From contig CAJAIA010000028.1 of NCBI GenBank assembly GCA_903939735.1, positions 115,152-179,151 of the forward strand: DNA of 64,000 nucleotides, written 5' to 3'. Of this stretch, positions 47,489 to 56,307 are shown in pieces; the first letter of the stretch is position 1; each line of letters starts with the position of its first letter. The translations under genes were made by a program, and so were the position numbers. Source of the stretch: an uncultured Ignavibacteria bacterium. GTDB lineage: Bacteria; Bacteroidota; Ignavibacteria; Kapaibacteriales; Kapaibacteriaceae. The notes beneath the pieces were generated by a model. It was not told the DNA's origin and ran no database searches. It saw nothing but the letters and a program-made list of their open reading frames with translations.

Positions 47489-47578
47489 CCTCGTTTTCCT
47501 TCGCCGGCATTATCCGGATCAGGTTCAAAGAGTTTGTTCTCAGCCACCGACCTTCGGTAGCACCTCTAACGGGAGCGC
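47489..47578 (-). promoter_or_regulatory. TPP (THI-box) riboswitch
   Basis: Minus-strand RNA CCCGUUAGAGGUGCUACCGAAGGUCGGUGGCUGAGAACAAACUCUUUGAACCUGAUCCGGAUAAUGCCGGCGAAGGAAAACGAGG. It has GGUGC...CUGAGA, ACCUGAUCCGGAUAAUGCCGGCG and GAAGGAA. Compensatory pairings are AGAG/CUCU, GCUACCGA/UCGGUGGC and CCGG/CCGG. The 3' P1 strand AACGAGG contains the SD, 6 nt before ATG 47482. Confidence 0.88.
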
Positions 47579-47601
47579 GAATATAGCGAGTATCTTTGCG
47601 C

Positions 47602-48864
47602 ATGGACAAATTCATTGTTGATGGTGGGGTTCGCCTCACGGGGACCGTTGACATCTCTGGTGCAAAGAATGCATCGCTTGCTCTGATGCCTGCCTGCTTG
47701 CTTGCGCCTGGGACATTTACCTTCCGCAACACGCCGAACAATCGCGACTTATGGACGATGAGTCGTCTGCTTGGCAGCATGGGCGTCGAGATGCATCTCG
47801 ATGGAGATGTGCTCACCCTTGATGGATCTCATCTCACGAGTCACGAGGCTCCGTACGACTACGTCAAGCAGATGCGTGCGTCGATCTACGTGCTGGGTCC
47901 GCTCGTTGCACGCTACGGCGAAGCACGCGTGTCCCTTCCCGGTGGCTGCAACTTCGGTCCACGTCCGGTCGACCTTCATCTCAAGGGGCTCGAAAAGCTC
48001 GGCGCATCGATCGAGGTTGAAGGCGGATACATCATCGCAAAAGCGGATCGCCTGAAGGGCAATCACTTCCACTTCGACATCTCAAGTGTTGGCGCATCGG
48101 TCAACATCATCATGGCTGCAGTGCTTGCCAAGGGACACACAACGCTCACAAATGTTGCGCTCGAGCCAGAGGTAACGTCTGTGATCGATATGCTTGTGTC
48201 AATGGGCGCGAAGATCTCCGGAGTTGGCACAACAACACTCGAAATCGAAGGCGTTGACGAGCTCCGCAATACCGACGTATCAACCATTCCCGATCGTATT
48301 GAAGCTGCAACATTCCTGATCGCTGCCGCGATGACCAAGGGGGATGTCAACGTGCGCAAGGTTGCACCTCAGCACCTCACCGCTGTGACACAAGCACTTG
48401 AGGATGCCGGTTGCACGCTGGACATCGGCACTGACAACATTCGAATCAGCATGGATCGCAATCCAGATCCTGTTGACATAACAGCAACGATCTACCCAGG
48501 CTATCCAACCGACTCGCAAGCGCAGTGGGCAGCATTTATGCTCACGTCAACAGGCGCAGCGCGGATCAAGGACACGATCTATCCAACACGATTCGGATAC
48601 GTACCGGAACTGCAACGCCTCGGCGCCGACATCGAAACGGGCGAAGGATACTGCGTTGTGAAGGGTGGAGCAAAACTCACAGGCGCAACTGTGATGTCGA
48701 GCGATCTGCGTGCAAGCGCAAGCTTGGTGATGGCAGCAATGATTGCCGAGGGGCAAACGGAGATTCTTCGCGTGTATCACCTCGACCGTGGCTACGAAGC
48801 ACTCGAGCATAAGCTAGGCGCATTGGGAGCAGTAATTCGTCGAGAAAAGACCGAGGAATTCTGA
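47602..48864 (+). CDS. murA: UDP-N-acetylglucosamine 1-carboxyvinyltransferase
   Basis: MDKFIVDGGVRLTGTVDISGAKNA and active-site loop LPGGCNFGPRPVDLH. ATG 47602 is preferred to the track TTG 47596. Confidence 0.93.
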   Translation: MDKFIVDGGVRLTGTVDISGAKNASLALMPACLLAPGTFTFRNTPNNRDLWTMSRLLGSMGVEMHLDGDVLTLDGSHLTSHEAPYDYVKQMRASIYVLGPLVARYGEARVSLPGGCNFGPRPVDLHLKGLEKLGASIEVEGGYIIAKADRLKGNHFHFDISSVGASVNIIMAAVLAKGHTTLTNVALEPEVTSVIDMLVSMGAKISGVGTTTLEIEGVDELRNTDVSTIPDRIEAATFLIAAAMTKGDVNVRKVAPQHLTAVTQALEDAGCTLDIGTDNIRISMDRNPDPVDITATIYPGYPTDSQAQWAAFMLTSTGAARIKDTIYPTRFGYVPELQRLGADIETGEGYCVVKGGAKLTGATVMSSDLRASASLVMAAMIAEGQTEILRVYHLDRGYEALEHKLGALGAVIRREKTEEF

Positions 48865-50057
48865 GCCGCCTTGTCACGATCCTCGTCGTCCTTCTTGCCT
48901 TCACGTCGGTAGCCTTCGGGCAGTCTAGCATTTCCGATACGAAGCGCGAGCTGAGTCGATTGCGCCAGTCCATCGAAGAGACGCGCGCCCGAATTTCAGC
49001 GCTCTCTCGGCGTGAGTCGACTGCGATGCGTTCGCTCACATCGTTTCAACGACAGCGCCATCAGCTGACAATCTTTATCGCGCGCCTCGAAGATGATGTG
49101 CAGCGGCTACAGGATACCGCGAAGGTACTTGAGGGCAGAATCCAATCAACACAGTCTGCTCTCGAGCGTGCTGAGACGTCATGGCGAGAGACAGCCGAAC
49201 GTATGCGCGTGTATCAACGCGAGCATGCCGGTGTGCCGCGATCATCGTTGAGTAACGATGTGGTGTTTCGCGCGCTCACGTCATCTCTCACCACGTATCG
49301 CAATTCGATGCGTTCGTTGCGAGATTCACTTGCCGAACAGAAGGATCTGCTCGACGACGTCACAACAACACAGCAGCAGATCATTACAGCGAAAGAGCGC
49401 GAGCGATCTACACTCGCATCGACAATCACCAAGAGTCAGCAAGAGTTGCAACGTCTGCGCTCGAACAAGGAGACCCTCCTTGCCGAGCTCCAGAAGAAGC
49501 AGCAAAGCGCACAGCGCGTTCGGTCGATGATCTCCAATCTTGTTGCACGTGAACGCCAGCGCGAGGAACAGCGCAAGCGAGATCAAGCTCGCACGAAGTC
49601 TGGACGTCCGTCACGGGAGTCTGCTCGCGAGCCGGCACGCGTCGAGCGCACACCAAGTGCGCCAGGATTTGCACGGCGCTCGCTTCCTTGGCCGACACCT
49701 TCGACGACGCTGCTTCAGGGGTATGGAACGTATCGCAATCCGAAGACTGGCACAACGCTGGAGAATCCCGGTATCGATATCCGCGCAGCTGTTGGCACGC
49801 GTGTTTCATGCATCAGCAAGGGAGAAGTATCCAGCGTTACATGGCTCCCCGGATTTGGATCGCTCGTCATCGTGGATCACCAGAATGGGTTTCGCTCGGT
49901 CTATGCGAATCTCGCAACGGTGAGCGTACGCCAGGGATCATCCGTGCAACAGGGCAGCGTAGTGGGCACGAGCGGCGAGAACATCGATGGCGCACTCGTG
50001 CACTTCGAACTGTGGTACGGACGTGATCGACTGAACCCTGCTACCTACCTGCGTTAG
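48861..50057 (+). CDS. EnvC-like murein hydrolase activator / M23 peptidase family protein, probable CTG start
   Basis: Coiled-coil N-half and C-terminal LytM/M23 domain (...GIDIRAAVGTRVSCISKGEV...VIVDHQNGFRSVYANL...HFELW). The signal peptide LSRLVTILVVLLAFTSVAFG-QSS is encoded upstream of the first canonical start (TTG 48960). Confidence 0.8.
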   Translation: MSRLVTILVVLLAFTSVAFGQSSISDTKRELSRLRQSIEETRARISALSRRESTAMRSLTSFQRQRHQLTIFIARLEDDVQRLQDTAKVLEGRIQSTQSALERAETSWRETAERMRVYQREHAGVPRSSLSNDVVFRALTSSLTTYRNSMRSLRDSLAEQKDLLDDVTTTQQQIITAKERERSTLASTITKSQQELQRLRSNKETLLAELQKKQQSAQRVRSMISNLVARERQREEQRKRDQARTKSGRPSRESAREPARVERTPSAPGFARRSLPWPTPSTTLLQGYGTYRNPKTGTTLENPGIDIRAAVGTRVSCISKGEVSSVTWLPGFGSLVIVDHQNGFRSVYANLATVSVRQGSSVQQGSVVGTSGENIDGALVHFELWYGRDRLNPATYLR

Positions 50058-51240
50058 CGCGATCTTCGATCGCGATGTAGTCTTCGATTCTCTTTGCTGC
50101 ATCAGGGTTCTTCACCCTGCGGTATGATGCAACAAGCATCCCACAAATCCGATTACGATACATCTTGCGCTTCGAAAGGTCCTTGATCTGCAACCATGCG
50201 CGCTGCTCGTATGGACGTCGCAACAACCGGATCACACTGCCTGCCGAGCGAGCGCTATCAGCTGCCGCTTTCTGCACCAGATTGTAGAGTCTGCGCTCAT
50301 AGGTCTGCCCATTCACAGGGACACTGTCGAGTCCGAGACGTGAGATCTTCTGCGATATCTGCTTATCGATCGCATTCACATTCGCTGAATCGAACGAATA
50401 CACCTTGAGCTTGGTGATGAGCGACGGCTTGAGGCGAACCCAAATACGTGACGGGTCTGTATCGGTGAATCCACGGCCACGCAGCGCATCGAGCATCTGA
50501 TCGCAGACGTCGTAGGTAAGGTTGGTCTCGACGAGCGCCAGCGACGCACGCAGGGCAAGTTCACCCAAGAAATTATCTGTTTGGTCAAACGCCCGAAGAA
50601 TGATCTGACGGATGAACTGACCTTGATTATACACGCGTTGGTAATCTCCCGCTGCATATGCCTGACGTGACCGCAGCACACGAAGCGTCGAAGATGCGTT
50701 CTCCTTATACCCCATCAGCTCCAACAGTCCGATCGCCTGTGAGAAGCCGAACTCCACCCAGTAATCGATACGAGATACGCCGGCGATCTCCGCAGCAGCA
50801 ACATGATATGAATTACGACCTCGGTTGGCTCGCACGTTTGTCAGCTTGTTGAGTCCGGTCGTATCCTCAAACCCTGCGTCATGCGGGGTGTCACGTGGGA
50901 TGGAAATGATCTCGATACAGCCCGAATCAAGGAAGAACCGCACGAGGTGATTTGCATCGGCATGTCCCATGGGATCGCCAAGACGCGAGTCCAAGCCGGT
51001 TACCATCACATTAACAACGCGCCCCGACGGAGTTGGAAACCCATCATTGCGCAGGCTGACAGTGGTATCTGTGACGATGAACGTCGACGTATCAATACCG
51101 TCCTTGTTCACGCCAGCCGTCGCTTGTTGCGAAGCGGCCGCCGAGTCGGCCGACTTCTCGATGACAGTTGAATCAGAAGGACCGCACGCTACGGCAATCC
51201 CGATAAGTGCGACGACAAGCGCACGGCTCAAAACCTTCAC
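50041..51240 (-). CDS. LCP (LytR-CpsA-Psr) family protein, lipoprotein-type signal
   Basis: MKVLSRALVVALIGIAVACG lipobox. VMVTGLDSRLGD...ADANHLV...IISIPRDT...IDYWVEFGFSQAIGLLELMG. Confidence 0.65.
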   Translation of the reverse strand: MKVLSRALVVALIGIAVACGPSDSTVIEKSADSAAASQQATAGVNKDGIDTSTFIVTDTTVSLRNDGFPTPSGRVVNVMVTGLDSRLGDPMGHADANHLVRFFLDSGCIEIISIPRDTPHDAGFEDTTGLNKLTNVRANRGRNSYHVAAAEIAGVSRIDYWVEFGFSQAIGLLELMGYKENASSTLRVLRSRQAYAAGDYQRVYNQGQFIRQIILRAFDQTDNFLGELALRASLALVETNLTYDVCDQMLDALRGRGFTDTDPSRIWVRLKPSLITKLKVYSFDSANVNAIDKQISQKISRLGLDSVPVNGQTYERRLYNLVQKAAADSARSAGSVIRLLRRPYEQRAWLQIKDLSKRKMYRNRICGMLVASYRRVKNPDAAKRIEDYIAIEDRANAGR

Positions 51241-52037
51241 AATCCCTGCCCTTTCGCTTCATCCCAGTACGCATCCATTTCTTCGAGCGACATGCTCTTC
51301 AAGGCGCGTCCGTGCTCTTGTGCACGACGCTCAATATGCTGGAAACGTCGCATGAATGCACCAATCGTTCCATGGAGTGAGTCTTCGGCGATTACGCCCT
51401 CATGGCGCGCGGCATTGACGAGGGCGAAGAAGACGTCGCCAAATTCACGCGCGGTGCCTTCCTTGTTGCCTTCGTTGATTTCGTGCTTTAGTTCGTCGAG
51501 CTCTTCATCAACCTTTGCCCAGACATCTCTGCGATCATGCCAGTCGAATCCAACATTTGCTGCCTTTTCCTGTACACGCTGCGCACGAAGCGCTGCGGGC
51601 AACGCACGAGGCACACCATCGAGAATTGACGTGCGACCTTCCTTCATTTTGAGTGCTTCCCAGTTCTGGAGCACGACGTCTTCTGTTGCCGCAACGGTAT
51701 CTGCGAAGATGTGCGGATGACGATTGACAAGCTTGTCGAATTCCGACGCAATCACTGCCCGCAAGTCGAAGGCATTCCGTTGCTCCGCCATCACGCTATG
51801 CATCACGACGTGAAGCAACAAATCGCCCAGCTCCTTGCGCAGCTCAACATCATCGCCTGCCTGAATCGCATCGACCGTCTCGTAGGCCTCTTCGATCAGC
51901 AGGTGGGAAATTGACACATGCGTCTGCTTCATGTCCCACGGACATTGTTCACGAAGAATGCGCACCAACGTCACGAATGCGTCGAGATACTCTAGCGTGT
52001 TGTTCGGGTTCGATGGATGTGGAATCGGAGTTGGCAT
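51237..52037 (-). CDS. mazG: Nucleoside triphosphate pyrophosphohydrolase MazG
   Basis: Tandem MazG domains: EEAYETVDAI...ELGDLLLHV and ...EFGDVFFALVNAARH. Confidence 0.88.
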   Translation of the reverse strand: MPTPIPHPSNPNNTLEYLDAFVTLVRILREQCPWDMKQTHVSISHLLIEEAYETVDAIQAGDDVELRKELGDLLLHVVMHSVMAEQRNAFDLRAVIASEFDKLVNRHPHIFADTVAATEDVVLQNWEALKMKEGRTSILDGVPRALPAALRAQRVQEKAANVGFDWHDRRDVWAKVDEELDELKHEINEGNKEGTAREFGDVFFALVNAARHEGVIAEDSLHGTIGAFMRRFQHIERRAQEHGRALKSMSLEEMDAYWDEAKGQGL

Positions 52038-52038
52038 G

Positions 52039-52668
52039 TTAGTTCCCGAATGTCACGCCGGCATTGATGCTCCAAAACGAGATCGTGTGCGTCGACGCAT
52101 CATACAATGGCGTTCCTGATGGGAACCCGTAGCTCATACGCGCCGACAGATCAACCATCGTTTGCCACGATACAGGGATGAGGACTCCCACCGATGGCGC
52201 AACACCAAGGTGCCAGTTCGTTTCGTTGAATTCAACAAAGCCGACATCAAGCACTTGGTTGGATGTGATGGCGCCAGCGGCAACACCCACAAACGGGCGC
52301 ACGTCACGAGAGCGTCCAAACACATATCGCGAACTCGCCATAATCGTCACCGAGTTCACGGTGTGAATCTGCGTGCCATTGATCGCCGCATCATACTCGC
52401 CGCTTTGGAAGTTATGCGTGCTGTTGCGGTATACATCCGACCACATGTTGTACCCCACCGTCACACCAGCAGAGATGTGATCCTTGACCCACCATTGAAG
52501 ATCAAGTCCGATACCACTTGCGGAGGTCTCAGTGACGAATGATCGGTAGGATCCAGCTGGTGTGGCGACAGACCACATAAGACTTGCGAAATAGCGTTGT
52601 GCAGACGTTGTTGATGCCGCAGCGCAGAGGCATAGAACGACGATCATCCATTTCATTGACCACCTCAT
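52039..52668 (-). CDS. Small outer-membrane beta-barrel protein (8-strand type)
   Basis: Signal peptide MKWMIVVLCLCAAASTTSAQ. Alternating strands and C-terminal ...INAGVTFGN. ATGA overlap with the upstream gene. Confidence 0.65.
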   Translation of the reverse strand: MRWSMKWMIVVLCLCAAASTTSAQRYFASLMWSVATPAGSYRSFVTETSASGIGLDLQWWVKDHISAGVTVGYNMWSDVYRNSTHNFQSGEYDAAINGTQIHTVNSVTIMASSRYVFGRSRDVRPFVGVAAGAITSNQVLDVGFVEFNETNWHLGVAPSVGVLIPVSWQTMVDLSARMSYGFPSGTPLYDASTHTISFWSINAGVTFGN

Positions 52669-53312
52669 TGGGCACCTCCACTCAGAAGGTAGGGAGACTG
52701 CTCAAAGATCTGATTGAGCTTCGTCGTGAAATATGCACGAGAGATAGTTCCAGTAAGCAACCCACTGAGAGAGCCGCTCCATACGATAGGATTCTTGCCG
52801 CTCCGCTGTGTTATGTCACGATCGACCATATCGATGTTCAAACGACCGATGTTGTATGTGACCGCGCCATAGGACGGACCCCAGTATGGCGGATAGTACG
52901 ATCCCCAGCCACCCCAGTACCCACCCCAATAGTCATCCCACGATCCGTAGTACGACGTGAAGCTCGACGCCGTGGCGGCGACATATACCATTACATCAGG
53001 CGCTTCTTGCAGCGTATCGACTACGCGGCGAAACCCACGTGCTTCAAGGTTGCGAACGATTGTCGACAAGATCATCGCATCATAGCTGCGGCCAAGCAGC
53101 TTGTCGGTGTCATCACCCACGTGGATGATGGTGTCTGGCATGGCAAACGTGCGATACGATGCAAACGGAGTTTCTGGAATGTACCCAGTGAGAACGGTAT
53201 CGTAATCTTCCACCGACAGCCCATGCGATGGGAAACACGATGGAATGATGCCGAACGCAAGGGCGCTGATCAGGAATGCGATCAGGCTTCGAAGTGACAT
53301 GAACAACCTCAA
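52665..53312 (-). CDS. DUF4136-like lipoprotein with Trp/Gly/Tyr-rich insert
   Basis: Lipobox ...AFGIIPSC. Low-complexity segment SWDDYWGGYWGGWGSYYPPYWGPSYG. ...RLNIDMVDRD...VWSGSLSG. Confidence 0.6.
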   Translation of the reverse strand: MRLFMSLRSLIAFLISALAFGIIPSCFPSHGLSVEDYDTVLTGYIPETPFASYRTFAMPDTIIHVGDDTDKLLGRSYDAMILSTIVRNLEARGFRRVVDTLQEAPDVMVYVAATASSFTSYYGSWDDYWGGYWGGWGSYYPPYWGPSYGAVTYNIGRLNIDMVDRDITQRSGKNPIVWSGSLSGLLTGTISRAYFTTKLNQIFEQSPYLLSGGAQ

Positions 53313-53336
53313 GGAGACGTGGAGGGCGAAAATACG

Positions 53337-54614
53337 TCAGATAGCTGCTTGAGCCGCGCCAGCTAGAGTAATTGCTACAACCGCTGCGATGATCATCAGG
53401 AGGAAGGAGGTCAACATGCGGAGGGCAAAGGCCATAGAACCCGAAGTGGCTGCGAGGACGAGCTTGACAAGCATGTTCATGCCGATGGCTGTTACCACCA
53501 CGACCACACCCTCCATCTCCGCGAGTCCGCCAAACGTCACCCGATCGGCGACCGTGAACACAATCGCGTCCACGTCGACAAGTGCACCAACGGCACCGGT
53601 CACGAGCAGACCCTGCTGACCAATGAGTGCGGTTGCAGCATTGCCAATAAACGAGATACATGCCATGAAGACTGCGAACTGGAGCGCCGGCATCACGCGC
53701 AGCGGATTTGTCACATATGTCACGTCAGGCACCGTCGTCCCCGAATCTCTACCCAGCAGCATGCTAAAGAGGATGCCCGCAGCTGCGGCAGCAAGCAGAG
53801 CAGGCAGCGTCCCAGGCAACAAACCTGGCGCGGCGATAGCGATCAGCGCGCCGACACGCAAGAACTGAATACTGTTCGCCAGCGTGGCGTACTTCCATGA
53901 TGCGCCGAGTGACGCAGGGTCCGCTGCGACGCGCCGTGCATAGGTCTGCGTCATCACGGTTGTCGACACCAAGCTGCCCAGAATCGCAAGGATGGTAGCC
54001 CCTTTACGATGTCCCACGAACTTTGTGAGGAAGTACCCCACGAAGGACACGCCACTCACAGATATCACAGCGATCCAGAGTGAACGCGGAGCTAAGAACT
54101 CGTACGGACCATATCGTCCATCCGGCAGAAGCGGAAGGATGATGAAGATGAGTGCAAGAAATCGCACCGCATCGGCGAGCTCACGATCGGTTATGGTCTC
54201 ACGAAAGAACTTCTTGACATAGGGCTTTGCATCCAGGAACAACACCACCACGATGGCGAGAGCAATCCCAATCCCGTCGTACTGATCATTTCCAGGGAGA
54301 GACACAAGGTACGACAGCACGAAGGTGACGATCATCGCCATCTCCGTTGTAATCCCAGCTTCGTAGGGCTCACGAAGATGATGCGCGATCATCACGCCGG
54401 AGAGCGCCAGTACAATGATCGCCGTGAGCCACCATACGTTGACCAGAGCACACACGAAGGCTATTGCAGAGAGCACGAGAAAGTCGCGTAACCCTACGTG
54501 CACATTTACCCGCGCACTCTCTCGCTCAGCACCAATCAGGAGTCCGATTAGCAGAGCAATCGCGAGTGAAATCCACGTTGATGTATCAGCGGCGGTAAGG
54601 AGTTGTTCGATCAT
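53337..54614 (-). CDS. MgtC/SapB family plus DUF4010 membrane protein
   Basis: LLIGLLIGAERE MgtC motif, then ~10 further TM helices. ATG 54614 is preferred because the track start at 54644 lies inside the upstream terminator hairpin. Confidence 0.75.
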   Translation of the reverse strand: MIEQLLTAADTSTWISLAIALLIGLLIGAERESARVNVHVGLRDFLVLSAIAFVCALVNVWWLTAIIVLALSGVMIAHHLREPYEAGITTEMAMIVTFVLSYLVSLPGNDQYDGIGIALAIVVVLFLDAKPYVKKFFRETITDRELADAVRFLALIFIILPLLPDGRYGPYEFLAPRSLWIAVISVSGVSFVGYFLTKFVGHRKGATILAILGSLVSTTVMTQTYARRVAADPASLGASWKYATLANSIQFLRVGALIAIAAPGLLPGTLPALLAAAAAGILFSMLLGRDSGTTVPDVTYVTNPLRVMPALQFAVFMACISFIGNAATALIGQQGLLVTGAVGALVDVDAIVFTVADRVTFGGLAEMEGVVVVVTAIGMNMLVKLVLAATSGSMAFALRMLTSFLLMIIAAVVAITLAGAAQAAI

Positions 54615-54624
54615 ACATGTTCTA

Positions 54625-54664
54625 TCAAACGACAAACGGCACATGGAGATGCTCCATGTGCCGT
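54625..54664 (-). terminator. Rho-independent terminator after paaA
   Basis: On the minus strand: ACGGCACATGGAG-CAT-CTCCATGTGCCGT (13-bp perfect stem) followed by TTTGTCGTTTG. Confidence 0.85.
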
Positions 54665-54689
54665 CGGCAACAATTGCATACTGTGTTGG

Positions 54690-55673
54690 TTATGCCAGCG
54701 GCACAACATAGGTCTCAGTTGGCTTTGCGAGTGCTTGGCGTACCCAGCGCCCCTGCTCTTCGGCCATCTTGCGCACGGCAAGACGTTCCTTATTGCATGG
54801 TCCATCGCCGTTGATAACGCGCTTAAATTCATTCCAATCTGGGTCTCCAAACGACCACTTCCCTGTAACGGGATCCTTCTTCAACTCAGGATCTGGGATC
54901 GTCAAACCGAGCTCCCAGATCTTCGGCACATACTGGTTGAAGAACTGCTGACGCATGTCGTCGTTCGACGCCATCTTGACCTTCCACTTCATGAGCTTCT
55001 CGCTGTGCACCGACGCTACATCCGGTGGTCCGAAGAAGTGCATGATTGGACGCCACCAGCGGTTGAATGCTTCTTGCAGCATTTCACGCTGCTTCGGCGT
55101 TCCCGTAGCAAGTGCAACCACATTGTCGTAGCCGTACTTGAGGTGGAATGATTCTTCCTGACAGATGCGTTCGAGTGCGCGGCAATATGGCGCATACGAA
55201 CCCTTAGAATTCGCTACTTGATTGATAATCGCAGATGCATCAATGAGCCACGCGATTACAGCCGTATCTGCCCATGTCAACGCTGGGTAGTTGAATACGT
55301 TCGAGTACTTCGACTTCCCACTCAGGAGGTCGTCGATCATCTTTTCGCGCGGCTTGCCGAGTGTTTCCGCAGCACTATAGAGCAGCTGTGCGTGACCAAC
55401 TTCGTCCTGCACCTTGGCCATAAGAGCAATCTTGCGCTTGAAGCCAGGAGCGCGTGTGATCCACGTGCCTTCCGGAAGCGCACCGATGATCTCGCTGTGC
55501 GCATGCTGTTCGATCATGCGAATCAGCTGACGGCGATACTCCGTTGGCATCCAATCGTGCGGTTCGATTTTCTCGCCGCGTGCGATCTTCTCTTCAAACT
55601 CGGCCAATTTGATTGGATCGTCGGCTGTTTGATCCGCACTTGGTCCGTCGATGATGGTGATGTTACCGTACAT
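54690..55673 (-). CDS. paaA: 1,2-phenylacetyl-CoA epoxidase subunit A (solo; no paaBCDE nearby)
   Basis: Collinear with E. coli PaaA as I recall it: [50 protein letters not shown] and TIPDPEL. Confidence 0.85.
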   Translation of the reverse strand: MYGNITIIDGPSADQTADDPIKLAEFEEKIARGEKIEPHDWMPTEYRRQLIRMIEQHAHSEIIGALPEGTWITRAPGFKRKIALMAKVQDEVGHAQLLYSAAETLGKPREKMIDDLLSGKSKYSNVFNYPALTWADTAVIAWLIDASAIINQVANSKGSYAPYCRALERICQEESFHLKYGYDNVVALATGTPKQREMLQEAFNRWWRPIMHFFGPPDVASVHSEKLMKWKVKMASNDDMRQQFFNQYVPKIWELGLTIPDPELKKDPVTGKWSFGDPDWNEFKRVINGDGPCNKERLAVRKMAEEQGRWVRQALAKPTETYVVPLA

Positions 55674-55685
55674 AGTTGAATCTCC

Positions 55686-56288
55686 TTAGCGCAAATTAGC
55701 ATACCGGAAGTGATAAAACCCGATCGGTGAGTTTTGTGTCGGCGTCACCGGTGCACCCTCGTAGATGCTGGTGAACTGGAACTTCACGCGACGACCCTTA
55801 TCCGTCTCGATGGCAATACACCGATCTGGGCTCGGCGAAAGCGTGTGATTTGGGGCACCGGCATAGATCCAGACCCCATTGGCTCCGACAAATGAAATCA
55901 CTGGGTTGAGCGTATCGTCAGAACGCAGCGCCACACCCGCTGGCATACTGGTCACCTGCTCGAAGCGGCTCTTGATTAACGCACCTACAGTCGCTCCAGG
56001 TCCGGCACTACCCGAATTCAGTTGGACGGTGATCGTGCGCGTATTGCCGCAGCAGCGCAGGTAGGCCATGCGGATGTCCCATTCGGAGGTGCCCGCAAAA
56101 AGGGGCGACACCACGGAGTCACCGTCGATTGAGTAGTACAGCCATCCAATGGAACTATCGGCCCGAAGGTCCGCGCGTGTCACGACGGTGGTGTCAGCAG
56201 GAGGCGTCGGGGCCGCTGGATCTTGCGTGCAACCAGGCCCGAGCACAAGTGCGATGAGGACGAGAACAAGCGTGATGCGAATCATCAT
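55686..56288 (-). CDS. Hypothetical lipoprotein (possibly HmuY-like fold)
   Basis: MMIRITLVLVLIALVLGPGC lipobox at ATG 56288. ...SEWDIRMAY...QLNSGSAGPGATVG... is reminiscent of HmuY-type proteins, but this assignment is weak. Confidence 0.5.
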   Translation of the reverse strand: MMIRITLVLVLIALVLGPGCTQDPAAPTPPADTTVVTRADLRADSSIGWLYYSIDGDSVVSPLFAGTSEWDIRMAYLRCCGNTRTITVQLNSGSAGPGATVGALIKSRFEQVTSMPAGVALRSDDTLNPVISFVGANGVWIYAGAPNHTLSPSPDRCIAIETDKGRRVKFQFTSIYEGAPVTPTQNSPIGFYHFRYANLR

Positions 56289-56307
56289 TGGGTGATGGCG
56301 TTGTGCG

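Noticed and set aside
54615-54644. Upstream ATG 54644 for the MgtC-like gene
   Set aside because: The codon lies in the left arm of the paaA terminator hairpin, next to its loop. ATG 54614 gives the conserved MgtC N-terminus.
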